Below, piece by piece: positions 50,124 to 62,055 of a DNA stretch of 64,000 nucleotides. The stretch's first letter is position 1; every line of letters begins with the position of its first letter. The notes below the pieces were generated by a model. It saw only the letters and a list, made by a program, of their open reading frames with translations. It was not told the DNA's origin and did no database searches. The stretch is from Tubulanus polymorphus (Eukaryota; Animalia; Nemertea), in NCBI RefSeq assembly GCF_964204645.1, contig NC_134030.1, forward strand, positions 15,686,110 to 15,750,109. The letters run 5' to 3'. Position numbers and translations under genes: made by a program.

Positions 50124-50527
50124 AGTAATAGGGGTAATGGGCTTTCATATCAAAGGTTGAATGGTCGAGTTCATTAAAAACAAATATTAAAAGTAATTTA
50201 AAACTATAATATATTTTCATAACCGTGTGTATTTCAGTTGAATAATAGAATTATTATTATTATTTGAATATATTTGATTATATGAATTTGTGTATTGTAA
50301 ATAAATCAATTGGTCGCGGAGCGAAGCGGTAGCGAAGTGGAGCGACCAATTGATTTAATATAATATGCTTTTTAAATTATTGATATCTTAGAATAAATAT
50401 TTAGTTATAATATAAAATGCACACGGTTATGAAAATATATTATAGTTTTAAATTACTTTTAATGTTTTGTTTTTTAATGAGCTCGACCGTTCGACCTTTG
50501 GTATGAAAGCCCATTAACCCTATTACT
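50124..50527. repeat. 404 bp foldback (AGTAAT...ATTACT) with central hairpin
   Basis: Arms ~50124-50232 and ~50419-50527; inner stem AAATCAATTGGTCGC/GCGACCAATTGATTT. Confidence 0.9.
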
Positions 50528-52634
50528 GATACACAAAAGGCACCTATACTTATGACAGACGCAAGTATGAAGGGACTCGGAGCTAGCCTTTTACAAGAGG
50601 AAGACGGATCCAAATTACTTAAACCCGTGGCTTACGGTTCGAAGACTTTGTCTCAGTCGGAGAAGAACTACGCGTGTATCGAGCGCGAACTCCTTGCAAT
50701 TGTCTTCGGAGTGCAGAAGTTTCATACATTCCTGTACGGCAGACCATTCAGAGTCATAACAGACCATAAGCCCCTAGTAATGATAACTCAAAAAAGTCTA
50801 ACGAGTGCTCCACCACGATTACAGCGAATGCTCCTCAAGGATACAACATGAATTTAGAATACAGGCCAGGAAAAGAAATGACTCTTGCAGACACGTTGTC
50901 AAGACTGCCTAACGTCAAAAATCAGGAGCAAATCGAACTAGACATAAGAGTAGACTTTGTCAGGTTCACCTCAGAGAAGATCGTACAAGTGAGACACGAT
51001 ACAGCCGCCGATGCTGTACTCTGCAAATTGATGGACGTCATACTCACTGGCTGGCCGCGGTCCATCAAAGAACTACCCAAAGAACTCAGACCGTATTGGA
51101 GTGTTCGTGACGAACTTTCAGTCGAAAACGGAATTATTTTGAAGGCAGCAAGAATTGTAATGCCAATGATACTGAGAGACGAGATGCTAAGAAAACTGCA
51201 TTACGGACATATGGGCATAGAAAAGACCAGACTACGGGCCAGAGACTCAGTATACTGGCCAGGCATCACTAGAGATATCGAAAACGTAGTAAAAAACTGC
51301 CGAGAATGCCCAAAACATCTAGCATCGCAGCCGCAACAGCCATTGATTCTCCAGGAAATACCTGGAAGGCCTTGGGAAATGGTTGGAACGGATCTCTACG
51401 AGTTGCACAACGTTAATTGGCTGATTCTCGTAGACTATTATAGTAAGTTTCCTGTCGTTAGGAAACTTCCCTGTCCAAGTCCCAGCAAGTTAGTTGTTAG
51501 TGCAACAAAGCAGGTGTTCGCCGAATACGGTGTACCAACTGAGGTTAGATCAGATAACGGACCTCATTTCGACAGCAAGGAATATAAATGTTTTGCCAGC
51601 GAATGGGGATTCTCGCATCATACCAGCTCGCCAAGATATCCGAGATCGAATGGTATGGTTGAACGCACCATTCGTACTGTGAAAACGTTGCTGAAGAAAG
51701 CAAAACAAACCAATCAAGATCCTGACCTGGTGTTACTGGCATTGAGAGCAACGCCAATTGATAGTAAGTTACCAAGTCCAGGTGAATTGTTAACCGGACA
51801 CAAGCTGGCGACACACCTCCCCGCGAAAATAATCAACATTGACCCAGACCGGGATGATGTACGCAATCGCTTGTTAGATCGACAACAGATGATGAAAAAA
51901 CACCACTATAAGCATGCCCACCAGCTGAAACCACCATCAATTGGAGACAGGATCACATACCAGAAAGAAACTGGCGGATCATGGCTACCAGGAACGGTTA
52001 TACAAAAAACACCAAAGCCACGATCATACGTCGTCCAAGATGATAACAACCAGCGTAGGTTCCGAAGAAATCAAGTTCACATCAGACCAGTTGGTGGAAT
52101 GCAACAAGACAAGACTAAGAGCAAATCTGTCCTCTTTGCTCCTGAGCTTGTCGAGACACAACCTAGCAGACCCATCATTGGCCCCAAAACAAACCATACA
52201 ACTAGGTCAGGTCGGGTCTCAAAACAACCCCAACGATTAGATCTGTAATACAAATATTAAATCTACAAATATTAAATCTACAAACGTTAAATCTACAAAC
52301 AGTAATTAAACTTTAGAAATATTAGTTATACTATATAGTTATACCATAATTATTATGTTAGATTAGTTCAGATTCTGTAATTCAATTTATTATAGCCTAA
52401 CTGAGATACTTCTTAGGGTTTTTAAGTAGATATAGGATTATAGCTCAAAGTAAAAAGTAATTAGTTTTTTGTTACGGTTCCTTTCTTAAGAAAGGGCGTG
52501 TGATATGATTGTGTATATATACATCAATAAAAGTAGTTCCAAGTATGGCGGTCGTTCTTGTCATGTGTTTTTGTTATCTGACGCTCTGACAGTCGAATAT
52601 ATTTCAAGTCCTGATATCGGAGGACATCATAACA
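50528..52634 (+). mobile_element. 3' half of Gypsy LTR retrotransposon (RNase H, integrase, PPT, 3' LTR 52499-52634)
   Basis: TDAS..GLGA, ERELLAIVFG, TDHKPL, ADTLSR, HHCC, SDNGPHF, SNGMVER; frameshift ~50845; PPT AAGAAAGGGCG; CTGTT after the LTR. Confidence 0.95.
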
Positions 52635-52969
52635 CTGTTAGCCGCAAAAAGATTTCATCCTCTATTACAGGAATTAAGGGTACAACTCTGGGACCAGTTA
52701 GTTTAAATTAACCATTATGCAATATGATGCATGACCAAATACAATGTCAATATGAAAAAGATCCACTATGTACACATTTGAAATTTCAAACCAAGTTTAA
52801 TCATTAGAAAATTACGACACAACGTTCGATCTCTCACTAGAGATCATCCTTTTGAATTTGTATAGAGTGAGTTTCGTATCGTATTATCGTATTATCAATT
52901 CTCCGCATTTGGTGTGACTAAAGTTATTTTAGCAATGAAGTTGTGATTGTCATTATAAATGTTAACTAT

Positions 52970-53520
52970 CCACTGGCAAACTTACTAACTTTTGGCAACT
53001 GACCTTAGATCGTGGAATGGTCTCAGGTGGCCTGCTGATCCACTCTTTATTTTTACTACTAAGGAAATATACATTATAAGAAGTAAAAAGTATATTAAAG
53101 TACTAGGCCCTATTTATCCTTATCGCAATAATTTGTGTACGTATGATTGAAAAACGATATTCCATCGAGTTTTATGGTACTTATGATTATTGTGTTTAAA
53201 ATCAATAATAAGCAACCTTCCACTGATACGAAGCGGCCTAAGTTTACATCCTACCATAATTTTCCTCGAAACTCTCAGCATTATTTCAAGGGTCGGTCTT
53301 ATATGGAGAAAATATATGAAGGACATGTTCACAGGCCAAACGTGGCCAAAAATCTACCCCGAAATTTCAAATTTTACAAGTAATGATAATATACTTCATG
53401 CTTTTGGTGCAGAAAAAATGCATATCCACAAATTGCAAATTGTGTTTTCAAAGTAAACGATTGAGTGTGGAATTGTTTCGAATTCAGGGTTCTCCCATTA
53501 ACTCTCCGGTATTTTACAAT
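52970..53520 (+). repeat. Direct diverged copy of 57450-57980
   Basis: CACTGG(C/T)AAACTTACTAACTTTTGGCAACTGACC onward aligns between the two. Confidence 0.85.
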
Positions 53521-56448
53521 TGTTTCAATGCTCCAGAGCACTATGCACTATGCACAGGGTCTCAGTGCCTTAGATTTCTAAGTACAGCCTATTGGCTCGC
53601 ACTGTATCCCTCGGAACCAACATCATGTATAAATATTTTAAAGAAAATTTGAAATAAAATTGTATCGATTATCATTTATATTGTATGTACGGTTTACGAA
53701 AAATGATCTCATTATGAGTTTTCCGGTTTGCTCGGCTACCCGTACTGGCGGGGTAGTCTAGAGAGGCTAATGAAAACTCCGGTTTGCTGAACCACCCCTC
53801 TTTGCGGGGATGCGGTATGATGTTTGATCTGACAGTTTCAAGTGGTTAATGGCTGTTTCAAGTGCTTACAACGATGCTTATTACTTCGTGGTACATGGTG
53901 GTTTAAAAAAAGATTTCATAATAATACGCTCACCGCGTGGGCTTCGTAGAAAGACCACTGCCTGTGGCCTTCCCAAATTTTAATTGTCCTGTCCGATTTG
54001 GTTTCATCCAATTGAGAGACTGCCTTTTCCAGTTAGGGCATTTTTGGATCACGTCACTCCAGGAAATGACTTAACGCTTTTGGGCCCCTTCGTCGGTTCC
54101 ACATGTTTCATTTGAGCTATAGACCACAATGGTGACACCATGATGGTCAGTAACTGACCAATTGAGATATCCCTGAGTCTGACCACTTGACTTCGAATTT
54201 CGGAAATTTATCATGTAATGTTTGTTTTCAAACCTCTAGGGAATCATCATTGCAAATTCATCACTGACCATCACTGACCACCAATGACCAATTCAAACTT
54301 CTCGAATATGAAAACGATATACCGCGTTATGGTGTCAAACTAGAAAAGATTCGCCATTGAAAATTCATAAATTGACCATCAATGACCACCACTGACCAAT
54401 TGAAACTTCTTGAAAGAACGATATACCGGTACCGCTTTTGGTGTGAAACTAGAAAGGATTCGCCATTAAAATTCATAAATTGACCATCACTGACCACCAG
54501 CGAAACTTCTCAAATATCGTGGTCGAATTCGAAAGTGCTTGTCGTCGTATTGCTATTTCTAGAAACCAGCAGAAAGTTTTGCTACTGTTTTTGAATGGCG
54601 TTGACATGATGGAAATTTATTACCCATAAATGGGTTACACATCTGGATCACAGCACCTCACTTGCCGCAGTGCGTTATTTTCACTGCATAGTAATGCTAA
54701 TACATAAACTTTTTTACTACTTGACTCGAATCATCTGAACAGTACTGCGTTTGAAAACTCAACGAATAGAAAATGTTTGCGGGATGCGCCTACAAATAAG
54801 TTATAATAAGATTAATTAATCGATGCATGAAAAACAATTAAATCACAAGGTGACTAACACCCGTCTTTCAACCAATCTGCGCGATACCAATTAATTAAAT
54901 CATTAAACGCATTGGGTTCCTAATATTTGAAATCATGTGATACAATAGTTGTTATTTAGACTTGGCCACTTTCATTTCAGAAAACCGCGTACTAGACCAG
55001 TGGTCACCGAGGCATTAACCATTCCTTCAAGTTTTGAAAATTCGATGGTAACGCGGATTCTTCGCCTCTAAAAACTGTTTCGTTAATAGTTGTCTTTATA
55101 TTAAAAGTGTTCATAGGAATTGAAATTTGGAGCGATATCAGTCACAGCTGTAACCCTTTTTCATTGTCAGTTCTTTTTTGGAATTCAAGTAGATTAGTGA
55201 AAATATCAATGATGAAGTTCACTTATTATATCAAGTACCGTTTTTACTGTCGCATGCGAGTCGAAACAAAAAGATCTATCCAACTGCATATGTTCAGGTA
55301 TAACCTGTGATATCCTTCAGTATGTTATGAATATCTTTAAAAATTTGTGTTCTAGTATAATACCCGAAGGTTTAACTATCGGACACATAAAAGATTCGCC
55401 ATAATCAAAGTTTTTAAGAAAATCTTTCTTCGAGAAAGAAAGATCTTTAAAAGAACGATTGGCGTCAAACTAATCCATAATGGACTGTTGTGAATTTATT
55501 GAATAATCCACCTGAGAAATTTTAAGATTTCGAAGCGAAATTTATTCATATAAATCAAAAATACATAAATAACTTGTTGTTATTTGCGGGTCTCATGAAA
55601 CACTTTCGTGCGCTCTTTTTAAATCTAAAATAGCATAAATACATGCGTGTTTCGTTATAAACAAGGTTAAATTCCAAACGCACATGAAATATGGAGCCTG
55701 TATCTCACACGATATACACATCTTGAATATTCTCTAACTACGTAGGCCCTTTCCAAATGGGAATTGTTCAGTTTTTTAACGGCCGACATTCAGAGGCACC
55801 TAAAAAACCGGTTGTATAGCACTTGAGATTTTCAGTGTAGGGCACATCTCACATCGACTCGGCTCGCGGTCGGTGGTTTAATGGGAACACATCTGGTTGT
55901 TACTAGTTTAACAGTTGACGAATTCAGAAAACTTTTTTCAAATGTCTTTGATAACTTTTTAAACATAGTATTCCTCTTAATTACATTTCGCTGATTCCAT
56001 AGATATTTTTTCATGAAAATTGCTCCAGTTATAACGGATTTAAACATACATGTAAAATGATTATTTTTAAAATATTCAATTTTCTCCGATTTTGAAGAAA
56101 TTCTGACACAATATCATCTCCACTCGACACATGATTTTACTTCGGCGCCTTTGAAGGGAGTGTCACTTGTTGTTGAGTTCATATTTAGTCAATAAAGAAG
56201 ATATGCCTGATTCCTTTTTAGAATTTAGATTTCGACGGATATCATCAAATTACTAGAAAGGGACAGCAGCTTTCGGTCATCCGCAAAAAAATACCTAAAA
56301 TGCTCTCCTAGGGTTATGGAAAAACATGTCACGAAACATACGGAAAATCCTTTGTTTGGTAGACTGAAATTATTGAACTCTTAAATAGCAACCTTCAGAG
56401 AAACAAAAACATAAGAATATATTCTCGCCCACCCTTTAAAAAAACAAC

Positions 56449-57980
56449 GTGATTTCAATTGAAGATGACACGTAGCCTCATATCAAATGATATGAACGCA
56501 ACAGAGCCTATTCATTCTCTTTACGAGGATGGGTCTCCACATTAATAGGATACGATACGAGATTCGTGGGTACGAATGATGAATACAACTGATAAAGCGC
56601 CAATTTCACTGATTCTTGCACATAAAGGTGTTTTAGAGTAATCTAGTTAACAGGTGTGTTTTAGGAGTATTTTGAATTTAAACTCAAATCGGGGTTCATG
56701 ACGAATATTGAGCATTCTAGGGCTGGAGCAAGAAACGTGTGGGATCGTCCGCCAATGGTATCACCAAAGAAATAATAAGGAGCCAGTCCGTGGTGGCTAT
56801 TGAAAGCGACGACATGTGAATGCATTGATTGAATGACATCTCAAAAGTCAGATTTTGTAAAATTGAAGATGATATATGGATAGGTTATTCAATATATACT
56901 GGTAAAAATGATGCCCAATATGTGATATAAATGTTCAATTAAAAAGTAGAAACCGAATCCATACTTCAGTCTGATATTGTTATAACATCAAACACTCAAA
57001 TTTAATCCTTTGTTAGATTGGTAGCCAGTGTAGATGAGCAAGAATAGTGGTCCCTAATTTTAATGTGGACTGTTCAACAAGTTGGAGTTTGTGAAGAGAT
57101 GAATGAGTTTAAAATGGAGTGGAATTTAGATAATACTGTTTGAATGTCTATTACTCAATCTTTTTATTGATCATAAAAAATTGTGGTAAAATATTTGACT
57201 CTAGGGTTGGTTTTAGAGTGTATCTCTCCACGCCAGAGGTAATCACGGATATTGGACTACACAAAATTCCTTGTGTACAGCTCAACTTTTTAAATCCCTG
57301 GAAAAGCTCGCCACGGATATATCTCAGTAATGATTAATTTTCCCACAAATTATCCCCTTCGAAAAACCTAAACAACCAATGTACGCTTGCTCTAACTTTG
57401 CCAATGCACTATTGTTACCTTTTCTAGCTATTTGCACTAGCTGTTTGTCGCACTGGTAAACTTACTAACTTTTGGCAACTGACCTTAGATCGTGGAATGG
57501 TCTCAGGTGGCCTGCTGATCCACTCTTTATTTATACTACTAAAGAAATATACAGTATAAGACGTAAAAAGTATATGAACATATTATTTATCTTTATATCG
57601 CGATAATTCGTGTACGTATGATTGAAAAACGATATTCTATCGAATCTCATGGTACTTATGATTATTGTGTATTAGCAACCCTCCACGGATACGAAGCAGC
57701 CTAAGTTTACGTCCTACCAAAATTATCCTCGGAACTCTCAGCATTATTTCAAGGGTCGGTCTTAGAAAATATACGAAGGACGTGTGTTCACAGGTTAACG
57801 AGGCCAAAAATCTTCCCCAAAATTTCAAATTTTTACAAGCAAAGATAATATACTTCATGCTTTTGGTGCAGAAAAAAATACATGTCCACAAAATGCAAAT
57901 TGTGTTTTCAAAGTAAACGATTGAGTGTGGAATTGTTTCCAATTCAAGGTTTTCCCATTAATACTCCGGTTTTTTCAATA
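56449..57980 (+). repeat. Uninterrupted copy of the ~1.5 kb repeat whose other copy is split by the Gypsy element
   Basis: First ~1 kb matches revcomp 429-1454; last ~0.5 kb matches 52970-53520. Confidence 0.85.
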
Positions 57981-59330
57981 AGATAAGTCAAACTATTGTT
58001 GTGATGGCCAGTTGAATACTTCATCATTATATTGAAAGATATGTTATACTTAATGCATCTTTTCTTAGGCCTTAGCTTTCTCTATTGGTTAGCGTTGTGA
58101 TCACTCAAAATTAACCATAAGTTTGAATTCTCACTGATCTACTACATCTCTATAACAAAAATATATTTCATATCAGGCAATTAGCTTTGATCTGTGGTCA
58201 GTGGACAGCAGCTACGAAACATTTAAAACTACTACATTATCATTCCATCTATTCATGTATATGTAATATGATATGATATCTTCTTTGTTCAGTTTAAAAG
58301 TCTTGATCGTAAAAGTTTGACAAGTCTCGCATGTTGGTACCGATACGTACGTTCACGCGAGTGAAATGTGCACGTTACAGGCTCAAATGCGCACGTTACA
58401 ATTACAAATGGAAACGTTGTTCGTTCAAAACCCTACGTAAAAATCTTATGCATTTTAGCGGAATTTCAAAGTTAGCTCGCTACATACAACAAAAATCGGA
58501 CAAGACTTTTTCAAGCGACACATTTAAATGTAAGAGCTAGTAGTACCAACGAAGGATTCACCAAACATATAAATTACTTATGGGGGTTCTGGTTAGCACT
58601 GGTAACTGGTCAGTACTGGTCAAGCATTGGTCAGTTAAACAATTTTTAGATTAATGCCCACATCATATCTAGTTATTTGACACCAAACAACTTAATTGTT
58701 TGCAAACAAATAATTTACTATATGGTCAGTATACTGGTCATGCATTGGTCAGTTAAAAGACCATGGTCCACGCCACATTTGTTACCAAACATGATTGGAT
58801 TGTGTCGTTTCGAAAATTTATCTGTTGGGCAATTTGTGGTCAGCCCTGGTTCGTTAGGTTCTTATTTTGCGGGCATTTTATCTCGAACCACCGAAAGACC
58901 GAATCACTAATTAATTCACCAGATCGTTAATTGCTGAAAATGAAGATTAGTGTTTAACTAATAGTCATTGTCTGAACAAAGTGTCTCTGGTATGGGTCCT
59001 ATGGAATCATGTCCTTAACTGTACACCGTACTGTATATTTGTACTGTATCTTTTTATGTTCACTACTACTGTAATTGACTATGATGTTTTCAAGTGGTCT
59101 TAAGTACCGCTAATAGCCGAAAGTCGTTGATTTATGTGAAATTTACATACAGCGCCACCCGTTGATAGTAAAACTAACCCGAGCAATACGGGTGTTAAAT
59201 AGATACGCTAGCAAACCGGCATTCTCATAATGATCTATCTATCAATAAGACAAGTTACACTATTGTTATGATCAGATGGCCAATTGAATACTTCTTCATT
59301 ATATAAGGATTGTTATACGGGTGTTAAATA

Positions 59331-59672
59331 CGCCATCCTCCATCTGCAGGGACTCGAACCTGATGGCATCGCTACACTCAGCCACGGCACGAACCCCTGC
59401 ATCAGTAGGCCGGGTGCGCAGGTACATGCGTAGCTTTCCGAACGAAAACTGGCGGCACCAATCAGATTGCTCGTTGTATAATCGTTGAGGCAAATTTCAA
59501 GGAAGAACTATAAATGGGAAAAACCGGGCTAAAATAAAACGGGATTTCTGATTGGCTAAAAATCACATCATCTGAACTGCGCATGTATCTGCTCACACGG
59601 TCGATTATGGCAGGGTTTCGTGCCGTGGCAATCTCGATGCCATCAGGTTCGAATCCCTGCCGGGGGAGGATG
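59331..59672. mobile_element. MITE with ~100 bp imperfect TIRs and TA duplication
   Basis: CATCCTCC..GCAGGGACTCGAACCTGATGGCATCG and its reverse complement; empty-site copy of the flanks at ~59187-59233. Confidence 0.8.
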
Positions 59673-60087
59673 TAGATACACTAGCAAACCGGCATTCTCA
59701 TAATGATGCGTCCGGGCGCGTGGCTTTGATAATGGACGGAGCCACTCCATTATCTAGCTAGGTCAGCAAATAGCTCGGATATTTTCGGAACAATCCTAAT
59801 ATTGTGTCCTGTCACTTAGTGGCGCTGATGTTTGTTTCCACGACGACTCGGTGTACACAAGTATTCAGCCCTACATACGCAGCGGATCTGGTTTAAGGGG
59901 AAACTTAGAGCGTAGAAACTACAATTCGATACGAAAGCTGAAAAATCTATTTGAGAGAATTGATAAATATGGTGAGTACAGATTAATCAACACTAATCTA
60001 ACATGTTTTGCATTGGAGGTGCGTTGCCGTTGTTGGATGGTGGAGGCAATAAATCAAAAGACATTTTTTAACAAGTAATCTGACCTA

Positions 60088-61804
60088 CCTAGTTAGTTAC
60101 CTAATCGTTGGTGGTAAGCTTTTTATAATCGGATGGGCATATACCAACGTTAGGGATGACAAGGACCAAAACACGGTTGAAAAAAGTAACACTTCAAAAA
60201 TATACTTTCTATCCACTTCAGTCCACAATTAATGGCTTAATTCACAAACTAACACAGGTACCTTTCGAAATAATCCAATTCTATGTATGTTTCGAGTAAT
60301 TAATCAACATTATTTTGAGAAATTAATTAATTTCCTTACAAATTTCGCCATTGGCCGCCATTTCTCTGTATTGCACATGTGGCATGATAAGCCAAGGGGA
60401 CCTACAAGGATTTAGATAAAACTTTCAAGACGAAACGACAATTTTTATTTTTGATGGTTTTCCAACCTATATTTCAAATCTTCGTGTTTTCCATTATAAA
60501 TAATGAAATAATAAATTCTGGTAAAAGAAAAATGTGAATTAGTGTTGATTTCTTAATATTTTTCAATTTCGTCGTTTCGCTTCGTTAGTTTGTGCTGTTG
60601 TCCTGGCCTCAGTCCACAGGTGCCAGCACCTCCAGTAATTTTCAAAATGGCAGCTGTTGACTCTACGGAAATTTACTCTCACTTTACGGCCGATTTGCAC
60701 ATGGATTAAGATCGTCAGGTGAGGTGTTATAGGTATCAGACAAACTACGAATCTGTTGTGTGTCGATTACAACAAAAATTTGACGGATATCTTAAGAGAC
60801 AATGAAATGCCAGGCAAATTACTCGTCAGTCAAATTGTCAGTCAAATTGGCTGACGAAGATTTCATACAAAAATGACCTTCCCATTCCTGACTGTGGTTT
60901 GTGAAAATATCCGATCGTGAAACTAAACCACAGACAGGTTACTGACTATGACCTACCTAGCTAGGCCTGAAAATCTATGAAGAGATGGGCCTACGTTGTG
61001 CATCTTTGTAGTCTGTATTTCTATATACCGGTATCTTCGTCAGCCAATTTGACTGACGAGTAATTTGCCTGGCATTTCATTGTCTCTTAAGATATCCGTC
61101 TAATTTTTGTTGTAATCGACGCACAACAGATTCGTAGTTTGTCGGATACCTATAACACCTCACCTGACGATCTTAATCCATGTGCAAATCGGCTGTAAAG
61201 TGAGAGTAAATTTCCGTCGAGTCAACAGCTGCCATTTTGAAAATTACTGGAGGTGCTGGAACCTGTGGACTGAGGCCAGGTCAACAGCACAAACTAACGA
61301 AGCGAAATGACGAAATTGAATGAATTAAGTAATCAACACTAATAATTCACATTTTTCTTCATCCAGAATTTATTATTTCATTGTTTATCATGGAAAGCAC
61401 GAAAGTTTGAAATACATGTTAGAAAACAATCAAAAATAAAAATTGTCGTTTCGTCTTGGAAGTTGTAGGCTACAATCCTTGTAGGTCACCTTGTCTATCA
61501 TGCCACATGTATGCAATACACAGAAATGGCGGCCAATGGCGAAATTTGTGGAGAAATTAATTAATTTCTCAAAATAATGTTGATTAATCATTCGAAACAT
61601 ACATAGAATTGGATTATTTCGAAAGGTAGCCTACCTGTGTTAGTTTGTGAATTAAGCCATTAATTGTGGACTGAAATGAATAGAAAGTATATTTTTGTAG
61701 TGTTACTTTTTTCAACCGTGTTTTGGTCCTTGTCATCCCTAACGTTGGTATAAGCCCATCCGATTATAAAAAGCTTACCATCAACGATTAGGTAACTAAC
61801 TAGG
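60088..61804. mobile_element. Foldback element with ~775 bp inverted arms
   Basis: ~60088-60862 is the near reverse complement of ~61033-61804; ~170 bp spacer; no ORF. Confidence 0.88.
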
Positions 61805-62055
61805 GGTAGTCTAACCTGACTGTTGTTTAGTTACATGATCAAATATTTTCGGTCATCCTTATTACCGAGATTTTTCGGCGTATTTTACCGAGATGAACTG
61901 AGATGAAATGAAATATAGGCCTAACATATTTATTTATTCCTTATCGATTTTAACACTTGAAATCATATAATAGGCCTATCAGTAATAAATGCCTGCTGGA
62001 GTCATATTTTACATATTTTGTCGGATATTTTTGTAGAAAAATAACTTTGAACTTT

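Larger units (their letters stand above)
48620..50527. mobile_element. Probable right arm of the Polinton
   Basis: AT-rich, resumes right after the HINE 3' end, ends in ..CTATTACT related to the 1489 terminus. Confidence 0.65.
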
